In this document: one piece after another, positions 57,844 through 59,416 of the stretch
How positions within the stretch are numbered: the first letter of the stretch is position 1
Layout of the letters: each line of letters starts with the position of its first letter
From: a virus
Lineage: Duplodnaviria; Caudoviricetes
Length of the DNA: 59,416 nucleotides
Reading direction: 5' to 3' (one strand)
IMG/VR virus record: IMGVR_UViG_3300036790_000129
Coordinates: 1-59,416 of that record
Position numbers and translations under genes: made by a program
Notes under the pieces: generated by a model
Seen by the model: only the letters and a program-made list of their open reading frames with translations
What the model was told of the DNA's origin: nothing
Database searches by the model: none

Positions 57844-58155
57844 ATGACGATTCTGAATTTCAACGGCGAACAGGCCACACAGATGGCTGTGTTTACCAAT
57901 CGGCTGCCCGACATCAACATGGGACATGGCTGGGTGACCGCTGGCAGTCAGGGAAGCGCCCGGCGTGCCCTGCAGCAAGGCACCGGTGCCACGGTACGAC
58001 TGCGCATCGGTGACCGGGTATGTCTGGAAGATATCCTCAAGCAGGCTATCCCGGTCGGCACCGTATTGACGGATCTGATTTCTAGCATCGACCCGACTAC
58101 CCTGTCCGCCGATCAACAGGCGGCCCTTACCATCTTCAAGGACATTACCGCATGA
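57844..58155 (+). CDS. Hypothetical protein
   Basis: GAGGA RBS. Confidence 0.6.
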   Translation: MTILNFNGEQATQMAVFTNRLPDINMGHGWVTAGSQGSARRALQQGTGATVRLRIGDRVCLEDILKQAIPVGTVLTDLISSIDPTTLSADQQAALTIFKDITA

Positions 58156-58427
58156 AAAAGACCAAGGCGCCGATCAAGATCCCGCGCACCGAACAGTGGA
58201 AGATTAACGCGCTCGCCCGGCGCAAGCGCGCACTGGAGGGTGGTGGCCGTCTGTTGTTCACGCTGCTGGAAAAGGAGCATTCTGACAAGCTGGACGCTGT
58301 GATCGAGCTGCGCAGCAAGGCCAATCCCAGCATCAACATGACTTCATGGGTCCGGCTAATGATCGAAGCTGACCTCAAGCTGCTACAGCGGCGACGTGAC
58401 ACGACAACGGGCGCCCGTTCCAAGTGA
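58152..58427 (+). CDS. Possible ribbon-helix-helix regulator
   Basis: GGRLLFTLL...DKLDAV...NMTSWVRLMIE. Confidence 0.5.
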   Translation: MKKTKAPIKIPRTEQWKINALARRKRALEGGGRLLFTLLEKEHSDKLDAVIELRSKANPSINMTSWVRLMIEADLKLLQRRRDTTTGARSK

Positions 58428-58635
58428 CTTTCGCGGCCGTATAGCGGCCCGCAGACATGGCGCGTACCACATGATCGATCGTCGTGTAGTCACTCTCGCT
58501 CAAGGCGATCGTGGCAGACACGGCGCGTCCTTCACGCGCCATCGCCTGTGCCACTTGATCGACACGACGCAGATAAGCTGCCAATGTGACCGGCAACGGA
58601 TAATGCTGCAGATTGTCGCTTGCGTGCATATTCAT
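58375..58635 (-). CDS. Isolated - strand hypothetical protein
   Basis: 86-aa ORF divergent from the Cro-like gene. Confidence 0.5.
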   Translation of the reverse strand: MNMHASDNLQHYPLPVTLAAYLRRVDQVAQAMAREGRAVSATIALSESDYTTIDHVVRAMSAGRYTAAKVTWNGRPLSCHVAAVAA

Positions 58636-58680
58636 AACCTGTACTCCATCAAGGAGTCGGGTGCACTATACCTACAAAAG

Positions 58681-58875
58681 ATGAATAAATACACAACACA
58701 GTACAATGATCGCGAGCTGCTGGAGCGCGCCACTGATGAGACTGGAAACCTCAACGAAGTAGCGCGACGCACCGGGATAAGTCGCCGACGGCTTGGCAAA
58801 ATCAAAGCTGGCTCACCCATGCATACCATGGAGAGACAGATCCTACTTCACTTGATCCACAGGACATTGCCGTGA
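58681..58875 (+). CDS. Cro-like HTH protein
   Basis: GNLNEVARRTGISRRRLGKIKAG. Confidence 0.65.
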   Translation: MNKYTTQYNDRELLERATDETGNLNEVARRTGISRRRLGKIKAGSPMHTMERQILLHLIHRTLP

Positions 58876-59102
58876 GTGAAATTCGCGTGACTGTTGTCTT
58901 CGTTCTGACCCTGATGATTCTGTTGGCGGGTGCTGTCTTTGTGATTGCCGGATCGCGGCCCGAGGATCAAGCCTGTCTGCGTGTCATTGCCCGGCTGCCC
59001 GTCGATAACCAGTGGCAGAAAAATGCCCACACCATGAAGCGTGAATCAGGTGTGTGCACTATGGCTGAGGATCTGGATCGGGAGCGCATCCATGGCCATT
59101 GA
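58872..59102 (+). CDS. Small protein with N-terminal TM segment
   Basis: VTVVFVLTLMILLAGAVFVIA. Confidence 0.5.
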   Translation: MSEIRVTVVFVLTLMILLAGAVFVIAGSRPEDQACLRVIARLPVDNQWQKNAHTMKRESGVCTMAEDLDRERIHGH

Positions 59103-59416
59103 TTTTGAGTCACTGCTGCCGGCCAAATCCGAGGCTACCTACGACGCCGAGGCCAAGGGCCTGTCTACGGCACCCAAGCCACCGCAGCACCAGCTACACA
59201 AGCTGAAAAAGGCCGCCCGAGGCAGGCTGATCGCGCAGGAGTTCGTGCGCAACGGAATGAATCTTCGTTCGGCCATCCATACCATCACGGGCGCCAATCC
59301 CAAGAGCAAGAGCAATGGCATCATGCGATTGCTGGGTGACTCCACTGACACCTTTGTGGATGAGTTATCCAAGGTGGTCAACAAGTCTGATGTAGACCGT
59401 GAGCGCGCACTGGCAT
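59092..59416 (+). CDS. terS: Probable terminase small subunit, 5' part (continues through the junction to 593)
   Basis: GGAG RBS, ATG 59092 MAIDFESLLP...RLIAQEFVRNGMNLRSA in frame with 27-593. Confidence 0.6.
   Translation, partial: MAIDFESLLPAKSEATYDAEAKGLSTAPKPPQHQLHKLKKAARGRLIAQEFVRNGMNLRSAIHTITGANPKSKSNGIMRLLGDSTDTFVDELSKVVNKSDVDRERALA
59219..59416. repeat. Right copy of 198-bp terminal direct repeat
   Basis: Matches 1-198 with one synonymous mismatch. Confidence 0.95.

Noticed and set aside
1-59416. Diversity-generating retroelement, retron, inteins or stop-codon recoding
   Set aside because: No reverse transcriptase, no template/variable repeat pair, no intein termini noticed in TerL, helicase or portal, and genes are intact under the standard code

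Overview
The window looks like an essentially complete ~59.2-kb dsDNA tailed phage genome. Bases 1-198 are repeated at 59219-59416 with one mismatch, so the contig circularises inside a probable terminase small-subunit gene. The + strand arm (~54.6 kb through the junction to 14.2 kb) holds early, recombination and replication genes: DUF932, small HTH regulators, TerS-like, SSB, SF2 helicase, Zn-finger/TOPRIM primase, RecT-like and YqaJ-like recombination pair, KTSC and HNH genes. The - strand arm (54.3 kb to 14.2 kb) holds VRR-NUC, TerL, portal, scaffold, an N4-gp56-like major capsid protein, podovirus-type tail proteins, collagen-like fibres, a holin/SAR-endolysin/spanin lysis cassette and ejection-type proteins, ending in a 2919-aa polyvalent protein. 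I recognised no integrase, DNA polymerase, tRNA or CRISPR array. Highlights: (1) the major capsid gene is split by a 712-nt group I intron carrying a LAGLIDADG ORF, and the P1/P10 pairings plus reading frame place its 3' splice site after an A rather than the near-universal omega-G; (2) a 2OG-Fe(II) oxygenase is embedded among three Gly-Pro-Thr collagen-like fibre genes, suggesting a phage collagen-modification module; (3) a repeated junction motif delimits accessory gene cassettes; (4) several candidate structured RNAs and promoters whose -10 box sits in an inverted repeat. All product names come from motif recognition by eye, not database searches.
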